In this document: positions 48,456 through 58,844 of the stretch, one piece after another | Layout: each line of letters starts with the position of its first letter | Position numbering within the stretch: position 1 is the first letter of the stretch | Origin: Macrostomum lignano | Lineage: Eukaryota | Direction: 5' to 3' | NCBI GenBank assembly: GCA_002269645.1 | Contig: NIVC01000628.1 | Span: 248,001 to 312,000, forward strand | Length of the DNA stretch: 64,000 nt | The notes under the pieces: generated by a model | Told to the model about the DNA's origin: nothing | Database searches by the model: none | What the model saw: only the letters and a program-made list of their open reading frames with translations | Made by a program: the position numbers and the translations under genes

Positions 48456-50843
48456 CCACTTCGCGCCCAAGCTTGGTTCTGTAAGATCGCTTAAAAGCCC
48501 AAAGGCCTGCAGAGCAGTCCATAGACAAATTTGTCTTTTTTTCTGAATCGAGTGCACACCCTAAAAGCCCAGAAGTAAAGTATACCACAGAGTTTTTCTG
48601 CTAGCTCCTGTTCAAACCTTCCTACTCACAAATGGCTTCTACGCGCCCGAAAAGGACAGCTAAAAGTGATGCCTTGCGCAGACTGGGACTCGATTCCGAT
48701 TCGGATGACGCTTTATCAAGCGATGAGTCGACGGTTTTTGAGTCAGAAACGGAGTCGGAAAGCATGGATCCAGAAACTGATCAGAGCCAAGATGAGGCGG
48801 CCGCGGAATGGGTTGAAGTAGCCCCTGGAAGTGACAACTCGTTTGACCACGACCGGGTGCCGGAATTCCGAGGGTTTTCGACCATCAATCCAAGCATCGA
48901 TCTGCCAGAAAATCCAGACGAAAGTATGGCGGAATTTTTATCAATCTTCCTGACTGAAGCGTTTCTCACCAGTCTTGTCACATGGACCAATGAGAGAATG
49001 TGGTTGTCAGTCAGGGAGTTTCAGCAGGAGAGTGCAGAAACTGGCGAGGAAGAGTTGCCTTCTGGACTGTCTGCTCTTAAACCATGCTGTGTGGCCGAGA
49101 TGAAAAAGTTTCTGGGCATGGTGCTCTTCATGGGCATCAACAGCAAGCCGACCATACGCCACTACTGGTCCACAGACGTCATGTATCGGAATCCATATTT
49201 TCAGCAAGCCGAGAGCCTTCCCCGTTGGCGATTTCTTCAGCTACTGGCCTACTTCCGGTGCTACGACTGCCGAGAGTTCGATATCAACGACCCACTGTGC
49301 AAAGTAAGGCCTTTTCTGGACTTGATTAGCCGAATTTGTCGCGAAACCTATCGACCAGAGCAGGATGTCGCCATCAATGAGACGCTGATTCTATACAAGG
49401 GGAGACTTCTGCTGAAGCAGTATATTCCAAGCAAGAAGGCAAAGTACGGCATCAAACTGTATTGTCTGACTGAGTCCACGACGGGATACCTGTGGAATTT
49501 CCTGCTGCATTCTGTTGAGGCCGAACACGCAACCTTCGGTGCCGGTCTCCAATGCGATGAGCTCTCCATGAGCGAACGAGTCGTTGTTGAGCTTAGCCGC
49601 GAACTACTGGGTGAAGGATACCACATATACACGGATAGTTGGTTTACATCACACAGATTGGCTATCTACTTGTTTGAAAAAAAGGCCTTGCTCACCGGGA
49701 CTGTTCGAAAGGATCGTGGAATCCCGAGAGAATTGCAAGAAAAATTAGTGGTTGCTCCGGGTCAGGGCTTCATGAGGTGCAATCAGACACTCGCTATCAA
49801 GCTAGCAGACAGAAAGGCCTCGGGAACAAAGGTTGTCTACCTTCTGGACACAAGCATCCCTGCCGCTTGCACTGATGTTCGCAGAGTTCGTCGCGGTGGT
49901 CAAGTTGATCAAATTCCGAAGCCAACGGCTGTCATCCAGTACAATCGCAACATGGGCGGTGTTGATCGACTTGATGCGTCCGTGCATCTCTACCATCCAA
50001 ATCGTAAGTCCTACAAATGGTTCCAGAAAGTCGCGTTTCACCTGATTCTCACGCTTGTACGAAACGCTTGGACGCTGTACAAGAAATGTGGTGGGACAGC
50101 CAAATTTTTGACTTTCCTAGAGAATAGTATCAAGACGCTGATCCGCGACTCAGGACCGGGACGCGCTCGGCCACCGACTCAGGTTCCAGCCCCGATGCAG
50201 GCTAACCGTCCAATTCATTCACCGATGAGACTCCCAGCAACGGAAGCCCAGGCTCGCCCAAGCAAACGATGCCGAATGTGCTCTTTGAAACCTGACGTTC
50301 CAGCTAAGAAGACAGTATTTTGCTGCAGTCACTGTCCCGGACATCCTGGTCTCTGTCCAGATCCATGCTTCAGGATCTGGCACGAGACACATTGAAGTCC
50401 CACGAGCGATCCTGCATTGGCGTCTCCTAACTTGAACCCTGTTACACTTTTCTTTTCATGTCCTTGTTTTGTTTGGAACCATGCAGTTAAATTTTGTATT
50501 TGTTTAATACTAGTTATACTAATACTAATACTATACTAATACTAATACTAATACTCGTAGGTCAGTAGTGAGGAGATTAAAATTTAATACGACCATAAAT
50601 TTGTGCATCACCTCATGTTTTCACTGTGCACGCTTATTTCACATTTAACATTTGAGTGAAAACATAACGGAAATGCATAATGCAGGGCTTCTTTAAATTA
50701 ATCATGACCTGCACAGCAGGCCATACTGGGCACTTGCTTTAGTGACTGGGAGATGGTTTTTCATGCCATAGACATTTTTCAATCTCTGGGTTTTTGAGCC
50801 GTTTCGGTATGGCCTGCAGTGCAGGCCTTTGGCTTCCAAATGG
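48456..50843 (+). mobile_element. Full-length piggyBac-superfamily DNA transposon (2388 bp)
   Basis: TTAA TSD at 48452-48455 and 50844-50847. Ends CCACTT... and ...AAATGG. A 25-bp inverted repeat (22/25) lies at 48499-48523 and 50808-50832. Single transposase ORF. Confidence 0.95.
48632..50395 (+). CDS. piggyBac transposase (PGBD4-like, DDE_Tnp_1_7 type), 587 aa, first catalytic Asp replaced by Asn
   Basis: Acidic N-terminus; AINETLILYKGR...KQYIPSK..KYGIK (usually DE); YTDSWFTS; YNRNMGGVDRLD; C-terminal Cys-rich domain CRMC...CSHC...LC..CFRIWH. Confidence 0.95.
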   Translation: MASTRPKRTAKSDALRRLGLDSDSDDALSSDESTVFESETESESMDPETDQSQDEAAAEWVEVAPGSDNSFDHDRVPEFRGFSTINPSIDLPENPDESMAEFLSIFLTEAFLTSLVTWTNERMWLSVREFQQESAETGEEELPSGLSALKPCCVAEMKKFLGMVLFMGINSKPTIRHYWSTDVMYRNPYFQQAESLPRWRFLQLLAYFRCYDCREFDINDPLCKVRPFLDLISRICRETYRPEQDVAINETLILYKGRLLLKQYIPSKKAKYGIKLYCLTESTTGYLWNFLLHSVEAEHATFGAGLQCDELSMSERVVVELSRELLGEGYHIYTDSWFTSHRLAIYLFEKKALLTGTVRKDRGIPRELQEKLVVAPGQGFMRCNQTLAIKLADRKASGTKVVYLLDTSIPAACTDVRRVRRGGQVDQIPKPTAVIQYNRNMGGVDRLDASVHLYHPNRKSYKWFQKVAFHLILTLVRNAWTLYKKCGGTAKFLTFLENSIKTLIRDSGPGRARPPTQVPAPMQANRPIHSPMRLPATEAQARPSKRCRMCSLKPDVPAKKTVFCCSHCPGHPGLCPDPCFRIWHETH

Positions 50844-51313
50844 TTAAGCATACCGACCAATCAGAGATCAGTAAGTAGCCTTAAGCATACCGACCAATCA
50901 GAGATCAGTAAGTAGCCTTAAACATACCGTTCAATCAGAGATCAGTAAGTAGCCTTAAGCATACCGACCAATCAGAGATCAGTAAGTAGCCTTAAGCATA
51001 CCGACCAATCAGAGATCAGTAAGTAGCCTTAAGCATACCGACCAATCAGAGATCAGTAAGTAGCCTTAAACATACCGTTCAATCAGAGATCAGTAAGTAG
51101 CCTTAAGCATACCGACCAATCAGAGATCAGTAAGTAGCCTTAAGCATACCGACCAATCAGAGATCAGTAAGTAGCTTTAAGCATACCGACCAATCAGAGT
51201 TCAGTAAGTAGCCTTAAGCATACCGACCAATCAGAGATCAGTAAGTAGCCTTAAGCATACCGACCAATCAGAGATCAGTAAGTAGCCTTAAGCATACCGT
51301 TCAATCAGAGATC
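50844..51313. repeat. 37-bp minisatellite, right half
   Basis: About 12 units resuming in register after the element. Confidence 0.97.
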
Positions 51314-52035
51314 AAACAGCCAAATCCTGCCAGATACACTGCTTAATATTATCTTCCTGACCGATCAGAGGTCCGTAGACCTGTCGCGCTGATTATCGGA
51401 ACAAAGTAAGTAAAAAATTAGGAATTGTGCTAATAAGTGCTTTTGTAGACTGACTGCCAGCTACATAATCCTGTAATAATCTCTCCAAGTTAAGGATAAA
51501 AAACAAGAGACAGCAGATCCAACTAGAATAATTTCAAAATGCTTCAATAACCATTGATTTTAGATTTTATAAAGTTATAAAGCATACTAAATTGAAGTCG
51601 ACGACCCCCCATCCGTATATATTGAAGACACCGGGACGGGTTTATGACCAGCAGCAGATAGAATTAATTCCATCTTTACTGTGTCTCTGCTACACTGAGA
51701 AATTTAGATTTAAAGGCCACACGTGTGTTTTTATAATCCGAGAGTTCAATCGCTTGGCAGCTCAGTCGGGGATGGGGCGCTTGGGATTTTTCTGCTTAAC
51801 ACCGGGGCGCCAGCGAGGCGCCTGCTAAGCAGTACCCAGAGCAAGGCTCCGCACGCGGCCTCTGCATCAATAATGCAGCTTCAGCCAGTGGCTGTTCCCA
51901 TAATCTTACAGTGCTGAGATATTGCGATTCCACTGAGGGGGGTCCTCTGTAGGTAGGTTAGTTTAAGGATGCCAGGCTTGATTGGCAAGCAGTCTTGGGC
52001 CTCCATAAACCATTGCTTCAATCATTTAGGGTATA

Positions 52036-53805
52036 TTAGCAATCTATTCTATTTTGTCAACCATGCAGGGTAGATTATCAATCCATTCTATTCTGTCAAC
52101 CATGCAGAGTAGATTAGCAATCCATTCTATTCTGTCAACCATGCAGAGTAGATTAGCAATCCATTCTATTCTATTAACCATGCAGGATAGATTATCAATC
52201 CATTCTATTCTGTCAACCATGCAGAGTAGATTAGCAATCCATTCTATTCTATTAACCATGCAGGATAGATTATCAATCCATTCTATTCTGTCAACCATGC
52301 AGAGTAGATTAGCAATCCATTCTATTCTGTCAACCATGCAGGGTAGATTAGCAATCCATTCAATTCTGTCAACCATGCACGGTAGATTAGCAATCCATTC
52401 TATTCTGTCAACCATGCAGAGTAGATTAGCAATCCATTCTATTCTGTCAACCATGCAGGGTAGATTATCAATCCATTCTATTCTGTCAACCATGCAGGGT
52501 AGATTATCAATCCATTCTATTCTGTCAACCATGCAGAGTAGATTAGCAATCCATTCTATTCTGTCAACCATGCAGAGTAGATTAGCAATCCATTCTATTC
52601 TATTAACCATGCAGGATAGATTATCAATCCATTCTATTCTGTCAACCATGCAGAGTAGATTAGCAATCCATTCTATTCTGTCAACCATGCAGGGTAGATT
52701 AGCAATCCATTCTATTCTATTAACCATGCAGAGTAGATTAGCAATCCATTCTATTCTGTCAACCATGCAGAGTAGATTAGCAATCCATTCTATTCTATTA
52801 ACCATGCAGGATAGATAATCAATCCATTCTATTCTGTCAACCATGCAGAGTAGATTAGCAATCCATTCTATTCTGTCAACCATGCAGGGTAGATTAGCAA
52901 TCCATTCAATTCTGTCAACCATGCACGGTAGATTAGCAATCCATTCTATTCTGTCAACCATGCAGAGTAGATTAGCAATCCATTCTATTCTGTCAACCAT
53001 GCAGGGTAGATTATCAATCCATTCTATTCTGTCAACCATGCAGGGTAGATTAGCAATCCATTCAATTCTGTCAACCATGCACGGTAGATTAGCAATCCAT
53101 TCTATTCTGTCAACCATGCAGAGTAGATTAGCAATCCATTCTATTCTGTCAACCATGCACGGTAGATTAGCAATCCATTCTATTCTGTCAACCATGCAGA
53201 GTAGATTAGCAATCCATTCTATTCTGTCAACCATGCAGGGTAGATTATCAATCCATTCTATTCTGTCAACCATGCAGGGTAGATTAGCAATCCATTCAAT
53301 TCTGTCAACCATGCACGGTAGATTAGCAATCCATTCTATTCTGTCAACCATGCAGAGTAGATTAGCAATCCATACTATTCTGTCAACCATGCAGGATAGA
53401 TTATCAATCCATTCTATTCTGTCAACCATGCAGAGTAGATTAGCAATCCATTCAATTCTGTCAACCATGCAGGGTAGATTATCAATCCATTCTATTCTGT
53501 CAACCATGCAGAGTAGATTAGCAATCCATTCTATTCTGTCAACCATGCAGGGTAGATTATCAATCCATTCTATTCTGTCAACCATGCAGGGTAGATTAGC
53601 AATCCATTCAATTCTGTCAACCATGCACGGTAGATTAGCAATCCATTCTATTCTGTCAACCATGCAGAGTAGATTAGCAATCCATTCTATTCTGTCAACC
53701 ATGCAGGGTAGATTAGCAATCCATTCTATTCTGTCAACCATGCAGAGTAGATTAGCAATCCATTCTATTCTGTCAACCATGCACGGTAGATTAGCAATCC
53801 ATTTC
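52036..53805. repeat. 39-bp minisatellite (AATCCATTCTATTCTGTCAACCATGCAGAGTAGATTAGC)n
   Basis: About 45 units; gives the 13-aa-repeat ORFs in the track. Confidence 0.98.
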
Positions 53806-53834
53806 AACGACAATCCCACTGGTCACCATTGCAG

Positions 53835-54487
53835 AGGATGACATCATCGTCATAGCAGTGTCAGCAGGTGTGGTCTCCCTGCTAATCGTATCCACCTGCG
53901 TCATGTTCGCCGCCGTGGTGCGGGTCCGCCGTCGTCGCAGCCGCCGCCATCGGGAGGAACGGCGCGGCGGCCAGCAACAAGTTGACAAGCTGCAGAATTT
54001 TTTAGCAGCCGATGAGCCGTCAGCTCTGACAGCGGAAGAGCTGGCCAGTCTGCAGCAGCAGCAGCAGCAGCAGCAACCAGGGATCTGCTTTTTGAGTCCA
54101 GCGGTTTCGCTTGTTGCGCATCACCGCCAGCAGCAGCCGTCGCCTCAGTCGCCTCTGCCTCAGCAGCAGCAGCAGCAGCCGTCGCCTCAGTCGCCTCTGC
54201 CTCAGCAGCAGATTCTTCTCCGTCCAATCCTGGCTCGTTCGGCCTTGACCACCCTTGGCGCAGTATCGCCGCAGGGTTCGCTGCAGTCGTCCTCGGACGC
54301 GCCGAGCGGCTACGCCACTGTCAGCAACAGCAGCGGCGGCACAGTTCGGTTCAGCCAGTTCAGCGATTTGTACTTTTATTCGCCAAACTCCTGCCCAATC
54401 AGAGCCAGCGGAGGGCTGGAGGGAGTCAGCGAAGAGGCCGGATATCCGCCCAGGGAGTGTCGTATGTGTGACCCTCATCAGTGTTAG
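53835..54487 (+). CDS. eva-1: EVA-1-like protein, terminal exon 7 (transmembrane helix and cytoplasmic tail)
   Basis: GTCACCATTGCAG|AG, phase 1; DDIIVIAVSAGVVSLLIVSTCVMFAAVV followed by the RVRRRRSRR stop-transfer; stop TAG. The seven exons total 1734 nt = 578 codons including the stop. Confidence 0.8.
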
Positions 54488-54536
54488 CTCCGCTGTGTGT
54501 TAAAATAAGAAGTTATTCGATTAACGCTTTCTAATG

Positions 54537-54925
54537 AGGGATTCCCCCATCAGTTGTAGCTCTGATGTTTCTAAAAATAGAAACTGGCAGCAAATCAATA
54601 CAGGATTCCCCCATCTTGTGTATCTAAAAATAGAAACTGGCAACAATCCAATGTAGGATTCACAGCGTTGTAGCTCTGCTGTGTCTACATTGGAACTGGC
54701 AGTTTACATTCGATGAGGGATTCCCCCTATCGGTGTAGCTGCGGCTGTATTTAAAAGTAGGAGCAACTATTATATGAGGAAGGAATTTCCCCCATTGAAG
54801 AAAGGTTTTGTTGTTCTAAAAATAGAAACCATCAAATGGCAGCTATGTACATGCAATATGGGATTCCCCATTGGTGCAGCTTTTGTTCTAAAAATAGAAG
54901 CTAGTAGGTATGGAACTCCCCCTGA
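54537..54925. repeat. Old degenerate about 60-65-bp tandem repeat in the presumed 3'UTR
   Basis: Recurrent GGATTCCCC...GTAGCT...CTAAAAATAGAAAC blocks, about 6 copies. Confidence 0.6.
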
Positions 54926-55439
54926 GATACTGCATAGCCATTGTAGGCCATTATACATGCGACTGGATTATTGAATTCAGCGTTTATTACCTCAACGTAC
55001 CACCACAAAGGAACTCGCTTTTAACTTTAGTGTGTTTTACCAAATTCCCAACAGCAAAAACACTTTCTTACGCGATTGAATGCTACTTCAATGTGACGCC
55101 ATCGTGTACACAACGCAGTTAAGCAGTTAAATTGTTACCGTTTTGATTTATTTTGATACTCGTTAATTCTGTCAGTTGTCAAATGCGATATTCCATATCA
55201 ACCTCTGTTGGCCGGTTCGCAACCCGTTAATTGGCTCATTGATTTTGTAGTATAATATCATTACATGTAAGTTAATAACAATAATGCAGTTTTTAAATTA
55301 AATTGTGTTAATCTTGGAAATTGGCTTATCGAGTTGAATTGTTTAGTTTAATTAAATTATTAACTAATGCAATCTAGCATCTGACGGTTCTGGGCTTGAG
55401 CGACAAATTAAATTGTCCAAGCGATACCAAACATTGCAA

Positions 55440-55850
55440 CTGGCACCGAAATAACACCAAAACCGCACAAATGGCGCCAAAATCGCACGAAAGGCGCCGA
55501 AATCACACTAATGGGGCCAAAATCACACGAAAGGCGCCGAAATCACACTAATGGCGCCAAAATCACACGAAAGGCACCGAAATCACACTAATGGCGCCAA
55601 AATCGCACGAAAGGCGCCGAAATCACACTAATGGCGCCAAAATCGCACGAAAGGCGCCGAAATCACACTAATGGCGCCGAAATCGCACGAAAGGCGCCGA
55701 AATCACACTAATGGCGCCAAAATCGCACGAAAGGCGCCGAAATCACACTAATGGCACCAAAATCGCACGAAAGGCGCCGAAATCACACTAATGGAGCCAA
55801 AATCGCACGAAAGGCGCCGAAATCACACTAATGGCGCCAAAATCGAACAA
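55440..55850. repeat. 40-bp dimeric minisatellite (AAATCACACTAATGGCGCCA + AAATCGCACGAAAGGCGCCG)
   Basis: Alternating 20-bp A/B monomers. Confidence 0.95.
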
Positions 55851-56619
55851 AGGCACAAAATCAAACACAGCGGCAAAATCAAGCAAGTGACACAAAAAAT
55901 CAGACAAAATGACGCCAAAACCAAGCATAAATGGCGCCAAATCTAGACCTTGATGATAAATTTGGGCAGAATCCAACGACCCAGCTCGCAAATCAAAGCA
56001 CGCAATGTTGCCAGACCAGAAGACCATCGGTCTGGCCTATACGAGGAAGCGGAATTCCCCCCTCAGCAATCCGAGTGCGGCCACCGAGAAATCAAGGAGT
56101 GCGAGTGAGATAGGGGGAGTAGATTAGGAAAATCTTTTCCCCAGCCTCCCGATCAGACAGAATCAATAAGTAGGTCGCTCTGCTGCACTTGAGAGAGCGA
56201 GGCAGATAGGGAAAGTTTGAGAACTGAAAACTCCGCACGCTGTAAAAGTTCCAATGGCGGCTGAGAAGGCTGCGTGTGTGAAACACGAGCCAAAGTTTAA
56301 TTAATTGGCCAGCGGCCTCTGGGCTTTCATGTCGTCCTGAGGCTGACTTTTGGACACAATTTCACTCGGCCAGCCCTGTCTACTGGTCTCTGTGATTGAT
56401 CGACAAAGCTGGGAATTGGGTGAGAAAGCAGTGCACCGAGCTCTCTGTCTCGAGTTATTTAAAAAACCACTTCGCACTTCAAACATACGAGCAAAGATCG
56501 AATAGAACCACAGATACCAGAATAGCTAGATATGTCATTTGCAAAAATGCGCTCATCTACTCTTTAATTCAGTAGCAAATTAGTGTTTTTGTCCTCAGAA
56601 TAGTAGAACAAAAATGTCG

Positions 56620-56745
56620 CCAATACCGCACAAATGGCGCCTATATCACACAAATGGCACCAATATCACACAAATGGCACCAATATCACAAAAATGGCAC
56701 CAATATCACACAAATGGCGCCAAAATCGTATAAATGGCGCCAAAA
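56620..56745. repeat. 20-bp repeat (AATATCACACAAATGGCACC)n, related to the array at 55440
   Basis: About 6 monomeric units sharing ATCACAC.AATGGC.CC. Confidence 0.85.
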
Positions 56746-56904
56746 TTTATTGAATTTTAGTCTGAAGATTGCAGTAGAAAAAAAAACGAATCCAAGTGCG
56801 TCTGCATAGCGAGCAACAAAAGTGGTAATGTCAGCCCAGCCAGGCAGATTAACAGTTAAGCTGTCTTCCTCTTGTCCACTCTATGACCGTTTTCCTTACT
56901 ACTT

Positions 56905-57290
56905 AATCTTCTCTCATTGGCTGAGCTAGCTTGGGCCTGCCCCTAGGCAGAGTTTCGCCCGTCTAGCTTCGACCTCTCTCCTTACTGCTCTCTCATTGGC
57001 TGAGCTAGCTTTGGGCCTGCCCTCTAGGCTGAGTTTCGTCCGTCTAGCTTTGACCTCTCTCCTTACTGCTCTCTCATTGGCTGAGCTAGCTTTGGGCCTG
57101 CCCTCTAGGCTGAGTTTCATCCGTCTAGCTTTGACCTCTCTCCTTACTGCTCTCTCATTGGCTGAGCTAGCTTTGTGCCTGCCCCTAGTCTGAGTTTCGT
57201 CCGTCTAGCTTTGACCTCTCTCCTTACTGCTCTCTCATTGGCTGAGCTAGCTTTGGGCCTCGGCCTTGGCTGAGTTTCGTCCGTCTTGCG
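56905..57290. repeat. About 81-bp tandem repeat, about 4.7 units
   Basis: CTCTCATTGGCTGAGCTAGC recurs at 56911, 56990, 57071, 57152 and 57232. Confidence 0.93.
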
Positions 57291-58200
57291 TTCAGTTGTG
57301 CACATAGAGTTAAACGCTTGTTGTTCATTCTTAACCCCAGAAAGAAGCGTAAACTTCTTTCTGGGGTAAACTTGGGGTTAAAACTTCTTAACCCTATGCT
57401 CCTGAGGCTAGAAACCCCGAAGGAAAGGATATTTTATCTGCCAGATTAAATTTAAGTGACATGGCGCAGATAAACTACTGAAAAACAGACGCCCTACTGT
57501 TTAATTTAATTCAAAGTGGCACAACTAGTTAATCTAGTTCCTGTGGATAAAACTATAAAAGTAAATAAAAGCTAAGTAGCATATACAGTAGCAGAGTTAG
57601 TTTTTCGTCTACATTTTAATTTCTTTATGAAATTATTTTGGACACAGAACTTGATTTACACGCGGAAATGCCCGCTACAACCTCTGATGCAGTCAGGATC
57701 AATGAGTTGTAGCTCTTTGAATCCAAATATATAGTCTTTGGCTGGCCTGAAACCTGACCATTCTAGAAATAAAACATAAACCATTAAAACACTGTCAAAT
57801 TTTAAGTTCTTAATAAAACTGCAGAATTAAATCAGTGTGTATATTTTATAGTTCGGCACATTTAAGCTACTAACAAGTAGCAAAATATGCTTTTTAAGTT
57901 AGAATCCGGAGAACAGCCATAGATAAAACCGAACAACACGAACACGCAGACACAAGACAGACAACAATTCCCAATGAACACCGCAGAAGTAGCATCCACG
58001 TCTTTCTCCATGCTTGTCCCAGTTCCCTAACAAAATCATAACAGATAAAGACTATATAAAAAAATCTAGCCTATCAAGAAGTCTACGCTCTACTTTAAAA
58101 AAGTTCATCATACAGTTAGATAAATCTTACACAGTTTTGAAAAGCTCGCAAGGTAAAAAACAAAAAAATAAAATAAAAACTATTACGTGCATTGCTAGAG

Positions 58201-58382
58201 AGGATCGGTAGACCAGTGGTCTAGCTCGGCGCTCTGATGTGCCAGCGGCCCAGGCTCGATTCCAAGTGCAGTCAACATTAATTTGGAGCTAAATTGGAGC
58301 TTAATGGAGGGCCAACCACTAAGTCACAGTGAAGTGTACATGCCTAACAATCAATAAAGCTAGGACCGCTGTACATTCCTGT
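58201..58382 (+). mobile_element. tRNA-derived SINE, family 2, copy 2
   Basis: Diverged homolog of 46637-46847, with A box TAGACCAGTGG and B box GGCTCGATTCC. Confidence 0.72.
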
Positions 58383-58844
58383 CCTGCTCATATTTCTACA
58401 ACATGATAAACTACTCGTACAACTAAGATCGTGCAGCCAGCTACTCTGTGAATTCGGTGATAAAAAACTATGGAAAATATCTGCAAAAAAGGATTAATAA
58501 GGATACACGATACTGAAAAACACACCGACTACTTATTCAGTAGACAGTTCAGCGTACTGATAGAATAAAAAACATTCTATATACTACTGCACAGTGCTAC
58601 AAAGTCAAAATTAGAGAAACTGTAAAAAACACAAATTGCACAGAAAGCTCTCTGCTTGTACACTGAGCAATTGGAACAATTTAGAACAAAGCAGGCTATT
58701 TCTAAACAAAATAACTGGAACCAGTAATGGTTGAAACGGTAAAATATGAGAATTACAAATAAGTTACAATCGAAACTAAGATTTAGGAGTGAGCACACAA
58801 CCAGTGCACCCAAATGCAAATAGGAAAAGCTATAAAATGTGCCC

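Noticed and set aside
48128-51313. CRISPR-like 37-bp repeats next to a nuclease gene
   Set aside because: Units are head-to-tail with no unique spacers, the context is eukaryotic, and the gene is a piggyBac transposase. The same reasoning applies to the 30-, 31-, 32-, 39- and 47-bp arrays.
52044-53841. 591-aa minus-strand and 254/332-aa plus-strand ORFs with 13-aa repeats
   Set aside because: The period equals the 39-bp unit; there is no non-repeat domain, start context or splice support.
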